This document shows positions 17,853-28,458 of a DNA stretch of 64,000 bases, one piece after another. The notes below the pieces were generated by a model that was given only the letters and a program-made list of their open reading frames with translations, made no database searches and was not told where the DNA came from. This DNA comes from a virus, in IMG/VR virus record IMGVR_UViG_3300040807_002082, positions 1 through 64,000 of that record, one strand, 5' to 3'. The stretch's first letter is position 1, and the number at the start of each line of letters is the position of its first letter. The translations under genes were made by a program, and so were the position numbers.

Positions 17853-18359
17853 ATGGCACGCAAACGTAACTATGTTAACAACAAAGACTTCCTGGACGCA
17901 CTAATCGTATACCAAGCCGCTTGTAGGGAGGCAGAAGATCAAGGAGAAAGAACTCCTCGAGTCCCTGACTACATCGGCGAATGTATTTACAAGATTGCAA
18001 CCAGGTTAGCAACTAAACCAAATTTTTCAGGTTATTCGTACAAAGAAGATATGATTAGTGACGGCATTGAAAACTGTCTACAATATATTAACAACTTTAA
18101 TCCTGAAAAATCACAAAACCCATTTGCTTACTTTACTCAAATCATTTGGTACGCATTCCTGCGCCGAATTGCTAAAGAGAAAAAGCAAATGTACATCCGA
18201 TACAAGTCATCCCAAAATATGATTGCCCAAGGTAATACATATGATACGATGGCAGGAGAAGAAATTCAGCTTAACCTTTCTTTAAACGCAGATTATATCA
18301 ATGACTTTATTAAGGACTTTGAAAATAAACTTGCTAAGGATAAAGAAAAGTCAAAATGA
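17853..18359 (+). CDS. 55: late-transcription sigma factor gp55
   Basis: YVNNKDF, PNFSGY.Y..DMI.DG.EN, NPFAYFTQI...AF.RRI.KEK. Confidence 0.95.
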   Translation: MARKRNYVNNKDFLDALIVYQAACREAEDQGERTPRVPDYIGECIYKIATRLATKPNFSGYSYKEDMISDGIENCLQYINNFNPEKSQNPFAYFTQIIWYAFLRRIAKEKKQMYIRYKSSQNMIAQGNTYDTMAGEEIQLNLSLNADYINDFIKDFENKLAKDKEKSK

Positions 18360-19417
18360 AAATAGCAATTGTAACCGACATGCATATAGGAGTGCGCGGT
18401 GATTCGAAGATATTTGCCGACCATCAAGAAAGATTCTTTTCAGAAGTATTTTTCCCTCATTTGGACAAACACAATATTAAAACTGTATTTGATCTCGGTG
18501 ACACTTTTGATCGTCGTAAGTATGTTAACTTCGTTTCTTTAAAACGCGGCAAGGAATTCTTCTTTGACCAAATGGAGAAACGCGGTATTGAATACCACGC
18601 ATTAGTTGGAAATCATACAACTTATTATACAAACACAAATGAAGTTAACAGCATGGATCTGTTACTTCGTGAGTACTCAAACTTCCACATTTATGAGGAT
18701 GAAGCAAAAGAGTTGACATTTGGGTCAACTAAGTTTATAATGGTACCATGGATTAACAAAAGCAATGCTGAGAAGATCTTTGAACAGATTGACTCGTCGG
18801 ATGCAAATGTTCTTGCAGGACACCTCGAGGTCAAAGGCTTTGAGATGATGAAAGGACAATTGTGTACTCACGGCGTTGATATGAAAAAGTTTGGACAATT
18901 TGAACAGGTTTGGTCTGGTCATTTTCACCATCCTTCTCATCACGGCAACATTCGTTATCTTGGCGCACCTTATGAAATGACTTGGTCAGACTATCAAGGA
19001 CGCCGAGGATTCCACGTATTTGATACAGAAACAAGAGAACTTGAAAGAATTGAAAATCCTTTTCAGGTTTTCCATAAAATTGAATATGACGACAGTGATA
19101 TGACTATTGATGACGTAGCAAATCTTGATACCTCAAACATCAGAGATGCGTACATCAAGGTAATTGTAAAGAATCGCACAAATCCATACATCCATGATTT
19201 GTTCCTAAATCGTTTGGCAAATGAAGGTGCAGCTGACGTGAAATCAATTGAGGATACTCTTAACTTTGAAAGCGAAGGCGTTGAAGATATTCTTGATGAA
19301 ACTAAGGATACAAAAGAGATCCTACATGGTTACATCGACTCTCTTGAGACCAAGGCAAACAAAGTAAGTATCAAAACAGTAATTGACGATTTATATAATG
19401 AGGCACTAAGCGTATAG
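18356..19417 (+). CDS. 47: recombination endonuclease gp47 (Mre11-like)
   Basis: TDMHIG, GDTFDRR, GNH, GHFH. Confidence 0.95.
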   Translation: MKIAIVTDMHIGVRGDSKIFADHQERFFSEVFFPHLDKHNIKTVFDLGDTFDRRKYVNFVSLKRGKEFFFDQMEKRGIEYHALVGNHTTYYTNTNEVNSMDLLLREYSNFHIYEDEAKELTFGSTKFIMVPWINKSNAEKIFEQIDSSDANVLAGHLEVKGFEMMKGQLCTHGVDMKKFGQFEQVWSGHFHHPSHHGNIRYLGAPYEMTWSDYQGRRGFHVFDTETRELERIENPFQVFHKIEYDDSDMTIDDVANLDTSNIRDAYIKVIVKNRTNPYIHDLFLNRLANEGAADVKSIEDTLNFESEGVEDILDETKDTKEILHGYIDSLETKANKVSIKTVIDDLYNEALSV

Positions 19418-21130
19418 ATGAAAATTGTTTTTAAGAAACTGAGTTATAAGAACATCCTGTCCACGGGTAACGCATTTACCGAAATTGAATTGAACCGCAG
19501 GTCAACAACCTTGATTAGTGGAACGAACGGTAGCGGAAAGTCAACTGTACTTGATGCTATCGTATTTGCATTATACGGTAAAGCATTTCGCAAAATCAAT
19601 AAGAACCAACTTATTAATTCTATTAATAATAAAGGATTACTTGTTGAAATTGAATTTTCAATTGCTCAAACCGAATACCTTGTGCGGCGTGGAATTAAAC
19701 CCAACGTGTTTGAGATTTTTCGTAATGGCACTTTAGTTAATCAAGATGCTGCGGCACGAGACTATCAATCTTATCTTGAACAAAACATTCTGAATTTAAA
19801 TTATAAATCATTTAATCAGATTGTGGTTTTAGGATCGGCAACCTACGTTCCGTTTATGGAATTGCCTGCTCATACGAGACGTGAAATCATTGAAGATCTT
19901 TTAGATATTCAGGTTTTTAGTACAATGAATACTTTACTTAAAGATAAGGTATCAATGAACAAAGAACAGATATCCGAAAATAGTTATCAGCGTGATTTGA
20001 CTGAAAACAAGATTGAGTCTGCAGAACAACATAACGCGTCAATCCGAAAAATTCGACAGGATGAAGTTGATAAAATTAAGGAGAAGATGAGTGAGCACAT
20101 ATCAAAGATTGAAACTGAGAAAGCAGAAATTGAAAGCGCTCAGGATGCTATCCAAGAAAAACTCACAACTATTAAAGATAAAGCGGAAGTTAAAGCAAAA
20201 CTAGATAAGGCTAAACACCTTCATTCTGAAATCAATGCAACACTTCGCAACTATATGAAGGAACTTGCATTTTACCATGATAACGATAACTGTCCTACTT
20301 GTAAGCAAGGTATTGAGCATGATTTCAAACAGGCAAAGATTGAAACTGGAGACCAAAAGGTAGCGGAACTTGAGAAAGGTATTGCTGACTTGTTGTTGAA
20401 AGTAAATGGTTATGATTCAAGACTTGAAGAAATCTCAGCAGTTGAAGATGAGATTGCAGCACTTAACCTGCAAATTAGCGAGCATAGAGCAACAATTAAA
20501 ATCTCAAAGAATGCTCTTGTTTCATACAAGGCTGAACTTGATAAGGCTGAAGAAGAAGTCGAGGCTGTTGACCAAACGGCTCTTAATAAGCTAAAAGAAG
20601 CAATGACAAGTTTAAACAAAGATCAGACTGAACTGTTTGACTTTAAAGAAGTACTTGGCGTTGTCTCAACAATCCTTCGAGATGGCGGTATCAAATCTAA
20701 AATCATTGCGCAATATATTCCTGTAATGAATAAGCTTATTAACAAGTATCTGACGGCGTTTGATTTGTTTGTAGATTTCCAATTGGATGAGAATTTCAAT
20801 GAGCAAATCAAGTCTAGGTTTCGTGACACATTTTCTTATGCCTCATTCTCTGAAGGTGAAAAGCTACGGATCACATTGAGCATTATGCTTGCTTGGCGTA
20901 CTGTTGCTAAATTACGTAATTCAGTATCAACAAACTTGCTTATCCTTGACGAAACACTTGACGGCGCATTGGATGGCGTCGGTATTGATAACCTAATCGA
21001 CACGTTGCATAATTTGAATGCTGACGATAACATTTTCGTTATCAGTCACAGAGGAGATCAGTTCGGTGAGAAATTCCACAGTCACATCCGATTCCAAAAG
21101 GTCAAGAACTTTTCAGAAATGGCCGCATAA
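19418..21130 (+). CDS. 46: recombination ATPase gp46 (Rad50-like)
   Basis: GTNGSGKS, CPTC hook, FSEGEK, LILDE. Confidence 0.95.
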   Translation: MKIVFKKLSYKNILSTGNAFTEIELNRRSTTLISGTNGSGKSTVLDAIVFALYGKAFRKINKNQLINSINNKGLLVEIEFSIAQTEYLVRRGIKPNVFEIFRNGTLVNQDAAARDYQSYLEQNILNLNYKSFNQIVVLGSATYVPFMELPAHTRREIIEDLLDIQVFSTMNTLLKDKVSMNKEQISENSYQRDLTENKIESAEQHNASIRKIRQDEVDKIKEKMSEHISKIETEKAEIESAQDAIQEKLTTIKDKAEVKAKLDKAKHLHSEINATLRNYMKELAFYHDNDNCPTCKQGIEHDFKQAKIETGDQKVAELEKGIADLLLKVNGYDSRLEEISAVEDEIAALNLQISEHRATIKISKNALVSYKAELDKAEEEVEAVDQTALNKLKEAMTSLNKDQTELFDFKEVLGVVSTILRDGGIKSKIIAQYIPVMNKLINKYLTAFDLFVDFQLDENFNEQIKSRFRDTFSYASFSEGEKLRITLSIMLAWRTVAKLRNSVSTNLLILDETLDGALDGVGIDNLIDTLHNLNADDNIFVISHRGDQFGEKFHSHIRFQKVKNFSEMAA

Positions 21131-21195
21131 ATCGGTTGACATTTTGTTTCTTTTAGTATACAATGGTCTATATATGATACAGTTAAAGGATATCC

Positions 21196-23730
21196 ATGTC
21201 TAAATTCTATACATCGGTTGAACGCTTTATGAATGAGATCCGTTGGCGCGGATATGATAACGGTCGGCCGTTTCAACGTAAGGTTCGGTTCAAACCAACT
21301 TTGTTTGTTCGTGCTCGTGAAAACGCAACGCACAAATCATTGCTAGGCAATATTCCTTTAGGTTCGGTCAAGTTTGATACTATGTCCGAAGCAAAGCAAT
21401 ACATTGACCAATACAAAGATGTCCATGGATTTGAGGTTTGCGGCACAAGCAATTACGTGACGCAGTTCATTCAAGAAAACTATCCTGACGATATTAAGTT
21501 TGATATTACGCAAATCAATATTGCTTCATTTGACATTGAGGTTGACATCAGTAACGGTTATGCCGATATTGATACTGCTGATAAAGAAATCACATCAATT
21601 GCTTACAAATCTTCAAAGTCTGATACTTATCATCTACTTGGCCGCAAGGATTACGACAAGACGCAAACGGTTACAAGTATCAATCCTGAAGATATTCAGT
21701 TTATGAAATTTGACACCGAGGAGGCATTACTTCGTCGGTTTATTGATATATGGGTTTACGATTACCCGGATGTTGTTACAGGATGGAACGTTGAATACTT
21801 TGACATTCAGTATATTGTAACTCGTATCATTCGTTTGCTCGGTGAAGAAGCGGCTAAGAAGCTGTCTCCTTGGGGTCAAATCACGCAACGATCAAGAACG
21901 TTTTTCGGTAAAGAACAGTCAACATATCAGATTTCAGGTATGTCGGTAATTGACTATATGGATGCGTTCAAGAAGTTTGGTTATAAGTACGGTCCTCAAG
22001 AATCGTATAAACTCGACCACATTGCTCACGTTGTCCTTGGTGAAAAGAAATTGGATTACTCTGAATATGGAAACCTTACTCAGTTGTATGAACAAAATCC
22101 TCAGTTATATTTGGACTATAACCTCAAAGATACCCAGCTCATCCAACGCATGGAAGATGAGTCTGGTCTGCTTTCTCTTGTGCTTACTGTTGCTTACGGC
22201 GGAGGTGTTAACTATAATGATGCGTTCGGTACCGTAGGTATTTGGGAAACAACAATCTATCGTCGGTTAATGAAAGATAAGGTTGTTCCTCACTTAAAAG
22301 GTGGTCCTGGTGCTCGAGCTGGTGATCTTGTTGGCGGTTATGTTAAGGATCCTAAGGTTGGTATGCACCCTTGGGTTGTTTCGTTTGACCTTAACTCACT
22401 GTATCCGCACTTGATGTTACAATATAATCTGTCGCCTGAAACGTATGTTGAAAACGAACGTGAATACGTATCCCAAGATATGGTACTTGACGGCAAATAC
22501 CAAAACAACACCGAGTACGCAGTATGTGCTAATGGTGCCTGCTTCAGTAAGGCCAAGGTCGGTATTATTCCTGAAATCATTGACGAATACTATAACCGCC
22601 GTTCTCTGATTAAGAAAGATATGCTTCGAGTTGAACAAGAAATTGAAAATGAAACCAACCCAATGCGTAAGAAGGCGTTACAGGCGCAGCAGGTTCAATT
22701 ACATAACAACCAAATGGCTATCAAGATTTCTATGAACAGCCTTTACGGTGCAACTGCTAATATTTACTTCTTATACTATATTAACGATATGGCTGAAGCG
22801 ATTACTACTTCAGGTCAGTTATCAATTCGTTATGCTCAAAAATCAGTAAACGCATATCTTAACAAAATCCTTAAGACTGATAACAAAGATTACATTATCT
22901 ATATTGATACTGACTCTATCTATGTTGACTTCGGTCCGTTGGTTGAGGCATCTTTCGGTACTGTTGATATTGACCGTAAGAAAGGTGAAGAATTCCTTGA
23001 TAAGGTTTGCTCAACTAAGATTGAAGAAGTAATTGAAAAAGGTTATGTTGAACTTGCTGAACGTATGGGTGCTTATCGCCAAGCGATGGTAATGAAACGT
23101 GAAAAGATTACTGACAAATCTGTATTCATTGCTAAAAAGCGGTACATTATGAATACGCTGAACTCTGAAGGTGTTCATTATGAGGTTCCTAAGATTTCGG
23201 TAACAGGTCTTGAATCTGTTCGGTCTTCGACTCCTGAGGTTTGCCGTGACAAACTCAAAGAAGCGTTCAAAATTATTATGAACGAAGGTGAAGACGCAAC
23301 TCAGGCATTCATTGCTGATTTCAAAAAGGAATTCCGTAATCTTAATCCTGAAGACATCGGTCGTAACAGTGGCACTGACAATATTGAAAAGTATCAGAAC
23401 AAAGGTACGATCTATAAGAAAGGTTGTCCGATGCACGTTCGTGGCGCATTGCTATACAACCATTACCTAAAAGAAAACGGTTTGGATTCAAGATACGAAA
23501 CAGTCAAATCTGGTGACAAGATCAAGTTCGTATATTTGAAGGTACCAAATCCGATTCGTGAAAACATTGTCTCGTTTCCTGGCGCATTGCCAAAAGAAAT
23601 GAACTTGAATGATTATGTTGACGTTGACTTGCAGTTTGAAAAGGTATTCCTATCTCCACTCGAGTCAATCCTTGAAGCAATTGGATGGTCTGCTGAAAAG
23701 CAAATGACGTTGGAAGGATTCTTTGGATGA
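21196..23730 (+). CDS. 43: family B DNA polymerase gp43
   Basis: DIE exo [23 protein letters not shown]. Confidence 0.97.
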   Translation: MSKFYTSVERFMNEIRWRGYDNGRPFQRKVRFKPTLFVRARENATHKSLLGNIPLGSVKFDTMSEAKQYIDQYKDVHGFEVCGTSNYVTQFIQENYPDDIKFDITQINIASFDIEVDISNGYADIDTADKEITSIAYKSSKSDTYHLLGRKDYDKTQTVTSINPEDIQFMKFDTEEALLRRFIDIWVYDYPDVVTGWNVEYFDIQYIVTRIIRLLGEEAAKKLSPWGQITQRSRTFFGKEQSTYQISGMSVIDYMDAFKKFGYKYGPQESYKLDHIAHVVLGEKKLDYSEYGNLTQLYEQNPQLYLDYNLKDTQLIQRMEDESGLLSLVLTVAYGGGVNYNDAFGTVGIWETTIYRRLMKDKVVPHLKGGPGARAGDLVGGYVKDPKVGMHPWVVSFDLNSLYPHLMLQYNLSPETYVENEREYVSQDMVLDGKYQNNTEYAVCANGACFSKAKVGIIPEIIDEYYNRRSLIKKDMLRVEQEIENETNPMRKKALQAQQVQLHNNQMAIKISMNSLYGATANIYFLYYINDMAEAITTSGQLSIRYAQKSVNAYLNKILKTDNKDYIIYIDTDSIYVDFGPLVEASFGTVDIDRKKGEEFLDKVCSTKIEEVIEKGYVELAERMGAYRQAMVMKREKITDKSVFIAKKRYIMNTLNSEGVHYEVPKISVTGLESVRSSTPEVCRDKLKEAFKIIMNEGEDATQAFIADFKKEFRNLNPEDIGRNSGTDNIEKYQNKGTIYKKGCPMHVRGALLYNHYLKENGLDSRYETVKSGDKIKFVYLKVPNPIRENIVSFPGALPKEMNLNDYVDVDLQFEKVFLSPLESILEAIGWSAEKQMTLEGFFG

Positions 23731-23984
23731 TTATGAATAACCGTGAAATACTTGAAATTCTAACAATCACAATGGAGGAATGCTCTGAGGTGATAAAAGA
23801 ATGCGCAAAAATCCAAAGATTTGGATTGACAAAAAATCAAGATATGTTAGAATTAGAAATAGGTGATCTAATGTGTATGATTGAGATCCTTGAAGAATAT
23901 GGTCTGATTGATCATGAACAAGTCAAAATGGCCTCAAAAGGTAAAAGAGAAAAACTTAAACAATGGAGTACTTTGAATGTCTGA
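23727..23984 (+). CDS. MazG-like NTP pyrophosphohydrolase
   Basis: EECSEV...K..RFG, EIGDL. Confidence 0.75.
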   Translation: MIMNNREILEILTITMEECSEVIKECAKIQRFGLTKNQDMLELEIGDLMCMIEILEEYGLIDHEQVKMASKGKREKLKQWSTLNV

Positions 23985-24387
23985 TTGGGCAAATGATATT
24001 ATGATGATGCACAACAAGTACGGCGTGCGCGAATGGTTTGAAGCAAATAAAGATAATAAAGAGCTTATGGACAAATACTTACGATTCCGCTTGTCTATGT
24101 GTAAGGAAGAACTGTATGAAACTATGGATGCAATTGATAACAAAGATCCTGAAGAGGTCGTTGATGGTCTTATTGACCTTTGCGTTTTTGCTATTGGCAC
24201 TCTTGATGTATTCGGTGTTGACGCTAATAGTGCTTGGGATCGTGTGTATAGTGCAAATATGGCTAAAAGTCCTGGAGTTAAAGAAGGCCGTCCTAATCCG
24301 TTTGGGTTACCTGACTTAATTAAACCTGAAGGTTGGGAGGCTCCTAATCACGAAGGTAATCATGGCGATATTGCGAAAGCATTCTAA
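23977..24387 (+). CDS. MazG/PRA-PH-like nucleotide pyrophosphohydrolase
   Basis: EEL.E, EVVDGLID, V..ANM.K, KPEGW..P. Confidence 0.85.
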   Translation: MSDWANDIMMMHNKYGVREWFEANKDNKELMDKYLRFRLSMCKEELYETMDAIDNKDPEEVVDGLIDLCVFAIGTLDVFGVDANSAWDRVYSANMAKSPGVKEGRPNPFGLPDLIKPEGWEAPNHEGNHGDIAKAF

Positions 24388-24615
24388 ATGGCAGGGCTTA
24401 TTCGGATAACCGATATTATCGAGACTAAGCTCCGCAAAGAAAAAGAACTGGAGTATTATCAGCAGGAACTTGATAAACTCCAGCAAAAAATGTTCTTTAT
24501 TAAAAAGGAAATTGATATAACTAATCTTATAATAAATATGATTGAGAAAGAGCAAGTTTACGATATTAAACAACAAATGATTGAGAGAAAAGATGAAACA
24601 GACCGAAATGTTTAA
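24388..24615 (+). CDS. hypothetical coiled-coil protein
   Basis: 75 aa, directly follows upstream stop. Confidence 0.7.
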   Translation: MAGLIRITDIIETKLRKEKELEYYQQELDKLQQKMFFIKKEIDITNLIINMIEKEQVYDIKQQMIERKDETDRNV

Positions 24616-24814
24616 CGAGGATGAGATGGGTTCTGGAAAGGCTCCAGAAGCCTTAAGTGATGAAGCCATTATCAATATCCTTATTACGCAGGCTCACTGG
24701 ACGACCCGTCAGCCCTGGATTCAGATAGCTCGTAGATTTGCTGAATTGTCTGATATAACAAAAAGTTCTAACCATATAAAAAAATTGTATAACAAATACG
24801 AAAAAAATGGTTGA
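24581..24814 (+). CDS. hypothetical protein
   Basis: 77 aa ORF in operon. Confidence 0.6.
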   Translation: MREKMKQTEMFNEDEMGSGKAPEALSDEAIINILITQAHWTTRQPWIQIARRFAELSDITKSSNHIKKLYNKYEKNG

Positions 24815-24864
24815 CACGGCGGTCAAACTACGATAGAATAGCTCTATCAAATAGGAGATAGCCA

Positions 24865-25290
24865 ATGGCAAAGAAAGATATCTTTATCTGCGTTTCTGGT
24901 GGCACCCGCCGCGAAAAGGAGTTAATTACTGAAGTTGCTTATTTAGCTCAAAAGAAATTAATGCCTCGTATTCGTAAATTAGAACTTGTCATTAACGTCA
25001 AAAAGCTTGATGTATACGCTGACGTATTAAACCTTGAAGAACGCTTATTTGAAATGAGAATTTGTCGTGGTATGAATCTATATGATATTATTACTACTGT
25101 ATGCCATGAAATGGTGCATATTAAACAATACGTCCGTGGCGAACTTAATGCCTGTGGTACTCGTTGGAAAAGCCGTAAGATATCGGATAAAACTCAATAT
25201 ATGGATTTACCTTGGGAAAAGGAAGCATTTAAATTAGAAGAAAAGCTTGCCTTAGAAGTATTCAAGGAAATCAAGTTTATACCAAAATAA
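24865..25290 (+). CDS. zincin-like metallopeptidase
   Basis: HEMVH..QY and PWEKEA; own early promoter. Confidence 0.8.
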   Translation: MAKKDIFICVSGGTRREKELITEVAYLAQKKLMPRIRKLELVINVKKLDVYADVLNLEERLFEMRICRGMNLYDIITTVCHEMVHIKQYVRGELNACGTRWKSRKISDKTQYMDLPWEKEAFKLEEKLALEVFKEIKFIPK

Positions 25291-25386
25291 AGGTAACAAA
25301 TAGTAACAATTAATGTTGTTACCGTTAACATTATTACATATCTGTTATATATATCATTATAGGAATATATAACAGGAGGTCCCACC

Positions 25387-25635
25387 ATGTGCAGTCCATT
25401 TGTGCGTAAAGAAGCCAACCGAATGAATTGGATTATCAAAGGCAAGTTAATTGATAGATCCTGGTCTGATAAAGATATTGAAGCAACCTACAATTCATAT
25501 ATGAAACGACTGTGGGGCAACAACGAAAATTACATCCATGAAGATGGATTCCAACAAGCATGGAAAGCTCGTGAAGCTGAAATCTATAATGAGGAAAACG
25601 ATCTTCAAGGAATTGCTGTTTTAGGTTACGACTAA
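25387..25635 (+). CDS. conserved hypothetical protein
   Basis: Strong SD AGGAGG; MCSPFVRKEANR, Y.SY.KRLWGN.E. Confidence 0.75.
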   Translation: MCSPFVRKEANRMNWIIKGKLIDRSWSDKDIEATYNSYMKRLWGNNENYIHEDGFQQAWKAREAEIYNEENDLQGIAVLGYD

Positions 25636-25734
25636 AACTTTTTTCATTTTATTTCATATTTTCTTAATTTTCCTATTGACATTTGGTTCCGAATAGTATA
25701 GATTGTTTATATAAGGTAAACAAAGGAACAAAAC

Positions 25735-26007
25735 ATGTCACGTATTATTCACCTAGATAACGGTTCAACAATCAAAGCTGACGTAGTTGAGTCATTCGAC
25801 CGCGCAGTTGCAAATCCTGAAAACATAAACAACGATGGTTCTATCAATTGGAACTTTGTTGATGCGGATATGAACCTTGACTGTGGTTACTGGTCAGCAT
25901 CATATATTGCTGAATGTTTTGATAAGTTGGCTGATGAGTACGATCTTAGCGTAGCCTGGGATCGTTTGCAAGTTCTTAAAACTGATTTTCTTGGTATGGA
26001 GGCGTAA
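25735..26007 (+). CDS. early hypothetical protein
   Basis: 90 aa, INWNFVDAD; TTGACA promoter at 25676. Confidence 0.75.
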   Translation: MSRIIHLDNGSTIKADVVESFDRAVANPENINNDGSINWNFVDADMNLDCGYWSASYIAECFDKLADEYDLSVAWDRLQVLKTDFLGMEA

Positions 26008-26009
26008 GT

Positions 26010-26198
26010 ATGAAAAAGCAACAGTGGATCATGGTGATGTCAAAAGCACCAGCTCAAGACGAGTTTGGTATGACTATAAGCTATAGCATCGATGAACTTG
26101 GTGCTGAGAAGGCGATGGAAAAAGCTCAATCATATATAACAGAGCAATCCAAAGTTTTTCGTCAAGTTGAATTTAAACTCCAAGGAGGTGCTTGGTAA
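26010..26198 (+). CDS. early hypothetical protein
   Basis: SD GGAGG; 62 aa. Confidence 0.7.
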   Translation: MKKQQWIMVMSKAPAQDEFGMTISYSIDELGAEKAMEKAQSYITEQSKVFRQVEFKLQGGAW

Positions 26199-26446
26199 TG
26201 AGCGATCTTAAATTTACAACTTGTGGTGATTATATGTCTCAATATGATGAACGTCACGGCGGCCCTTACGATCGCGGATCTGCCGATAGCTACTATGGCC
26301 GTGGCTACAACCCTCATTATTACACCGGTGATACGTACCGATCTGTTCGTGTTGAGCTAGCTGATATGACTCCTGCAGAAATTGTTGAATACACGAAGGG
26401 TTATAATGATAATGAAGAAGATGGTAACTTCAAAGACTGGGGTTAA
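26192..26446 (+). CDS. early conserved hypothetical protein
   Basis: RHGGPYDRGSADSYYGR...Y.KGY...KDWG. Confidence 0.8.
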   Translation: MVMSDLKFTTCGDYMSQYDERHGGPYDRGSADSYYGRGYNPHYYTGDTYRSVRVELADMTPAEIVEYTKGYNDNEEDGNFKDWG

Positions 26447-26543
26447 AGTCAACGGTAAACTATTCACTTGTATTTTAGATGCAATTGAATATCGTGACTA
26501 TTTAGATGCTCATTATGTAAAGGTTGTGTGGGAATATGTCTGA
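26412..26543 (+). CDS. 43-aa hypothetical protein
   Basis: Hand translation MKKMVTSKTGVKVNGKLFTCILDAIEYRDYLDAHYVKVVWEYV. Confidence 0.45.
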   Translation: MKKMVTSKTGVKVNGKLFTCILDAIEYRDYLDAHYVKVVWEYV

Positions 26544-26673
26544 TTTCAATCCCACGTTTACTCCATATGAAATAATTTCACATTTTGTGAAAAAAGTTGT
26601 TGACATATCTTTTAATTTAGATTATTATAGTTATATCAAATGGAAAAACACATACACACTAGGAGAATTCCAA

Positions 26674-27033
26674 ATGGCTAAAATCAAATCTTTCGACAAA
26701 GCAACTCTTCGCGCACTTCGTACTGAAATGGACGCATTGCTTGAAAAGTACGGTAAGAAAACCGGCCTTGATTTTGAAGTAGGTAATATGCGTTTCAGTG
26801 ATACTGAAGTTGACATTAAGGTTAAAGCAAAAGTTAGTGGCGTAAAAACTCGTACTGACTCAAACCTTGAACTGTTTGCTAAAATGGCAGGCATTACAAA
26901 TCTTACCAACAGATCTGGAGACCGTTTGGTTGAGTACAAGACTCGTTCTCCCGTGTATCCGTTTGTCTTCGAGCGTGGCGGTAAGCGTTACAAGTGTTCA
27001 GAAGCACAGGCTCGTTCGTTGTTCGCAGCATAA
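26674..27033 (+). CDS. early hypothetical protein
   Basis: SD AGGAG then MAKIKSFDK; TTGACA promoter at 26600. Confidence 0.8.
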   Translation: MAKIKSFDKATLRALRTEMDALLEKYGKKTGLDFEVGNMRFSDTEVDIKVKAKVSGVKTRTDSNLELFAKMAGITNLTNRSGDRLVEYKTRSPVYPFVFERGGKRYKCSEAQARSLFAA

Positions 27034-27212
27034 TGCTTCTACACCTTTTCGTTTCTCCCATGGCTGCCTACTTCATGACTTTGGTGTGGGCAGCCATTTT
27101 TGGTAATACTGCAGGTACATCTGAGCTTATGATAGAAGAATGGATCATATGTATACAGTTATACCTTGGTGTTGCACTTATGATACAATTTAAGAAATCT
27201 TCAAAAGAATAG
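27033..27212 (+). CDS. small membrane protein
   Basis: TAATG coupling; two hydrophobic segments. Confidence 0.55.
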   Translation: MLLHLFVSPMAAYFMTLVWAAIFGNTAGTSELMIEEWIICIQLYLGVALMIQFKKSSKE

Positions 27213-27247
27213 TTGACATTTCCGTGTTTTTGTATTATATATAGACT

Positions 27248-27550
27248 GTGGACGTTGAAACAAAATAAAGACGGATCGGACTCGGGTGCGATTCCCGACG
27301 CCTCCACCAAAAGCACACAGTCTACTGGTGAATGAGATAACAATGCTCATAATAAAAGTCCAAACTGTGTGTTTTTGATGGGGGCGAATTAGGATCGACG
27401 GACGTAATAGTTGAGTGGAGTTCACCGTGTTGACCTACGTTATTCGGTCAAACAAACTAAATGCAAACGATAACTTTGCACCATCTGAATCATTTGCTCT
27501 AGCAGCATGATCACAGGGGGCTGGCCACTTGCCTAGCAACAGAAAAGTGG
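27248..27550 (+). ncRNA. ssrA: two-piece (circularly permuted) tmRNA, alphaproteobacterial type
   Basis: Acceptor 3' end GACTCGGGTGCGATTCCCGACGCCTCCACCA (to 27309) precedes the 5' end GGGGGCGAATTAGGATCGAC (27380); tag frame 27463-27510 ANDNFAPSESFALAA*; GCAACAGAA 3' hairpin; TTGACA promoter at 27213. Confidence 0.93.
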
Positions 27551-27583
27551 TTTTTTATGCACATAAAAAAGAAAGGACAAAAG

Positions 27584-28372
27584 ATGCGTAAACTACTAGT
27601 AACAACAGCACTTGTTTTTACCGCGGGTTCAGCAATGGCCGCAGAATTGGGTGGAGAAATTTCCGTAGATATCGCAGAGACAGCTGCAGGAGATTGGGGT
27701 GCAACCACATCTTTTGACTTAGGTATTGCGTCAATGGGTTCAGCTGTTCCAGCATTTGGAGCGATTGAACTTGATATGGACGAAGAAGGAGATATTACTC
27801 TTGACGAATGGAAAATCGGTACTGTCATTAATGGCGATGCTGTAATTTCAATCGGTGACCAAGGTAATATTTGGTTGGATCGCGAATCAGATGCTGCACA
27901 CGCAACAACCGCGGATCCAGCAATGAAGGAATCAGTACAAGTAACGGCTTTAGGAGCGTCTATGGCAATTGGCTTTACTGATGTCGAAGCGGACGTAACT
28001 GATATTGAAAACGTCCAAGGCAAATACGAAATGGGAGTAGGTGCGAATATTAATGTTGCCGCAGCAGGCGATTACAATATGAACTCTGAAGAATGGACAA
28101 TCGGCGGCCGCGCAGAAGTAGGTGTTAACGATATGTTCGCTATCGGTCAAATGGTAACATACGGCTCAGCTGATGAGAAAATCGGTTATGAATCCGATAT
28201 CTCAGCATTTGGTGTTACTGCATATTTGAACGGTGATGCTGATGAGCTTGCACAAAACGTTGGTGGTTCATATACATATGATCTAAACGGTATTGAACTA
28301 GGTGCTGGTGTTAACTATAACATTGACACTGAAGCAACTACACCATCTGTATCTGCATCATTTGCTTTTTAA
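27584..28372 (+). CDS. outer-membrane porin-like beta-barrel
   Basis: Signal peptide MRKLLVTTALVFTAGSAMA, amphipathic beta strands, very acidic, C-terminal SASFAF. Confidence 0.85.
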   Translation: MRKLLVTTALVFTAGSAMAAELGGEISVDIAETAAGDWGATTSFDLGIASMGSAVPAFGAIELDMDEEGDITLDEWKIGTVINGDAVISIGDQGNIWLDRESDAAHATTADPAMKESVQVTALGASMAIGFTDVEADVTDIENVQGKYEMGVGANINVAAAGDYNMNSEEWTIGGRAEVGVNDMFAIGQMVTYGSADEKIGYESDISAFGVTAYLNGDADELAQNVGGSYTYDLNGIELGAGVNYNIDTEATTPSVSASFAF

Positions 28373-28402
28373 GCAAGATATACTTATAGAAAAATCTAAG
28401 TT

Positions 28403-28428
28403 GAGGGGCGGTCTTGTACTGCCCCTTT
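28403..28428 (+). terminator. intrinsic terminator after porin
   Basis: GAGGGGCGGT-loop-ACTGCCCCTTT. Confidence 0.65.
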
Positions 28429-28458
28429 GGTCTTCTGTATAAATAAAACTGATTACGT

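Noticed and set aside
27068-27425. - strand ORFs over the tmRNA
   Set aside because: Explained by ssrA on the + strand.
27511-28023. 170-aa - strand ORF
   Set aside because: Antisense shadow of the porin.
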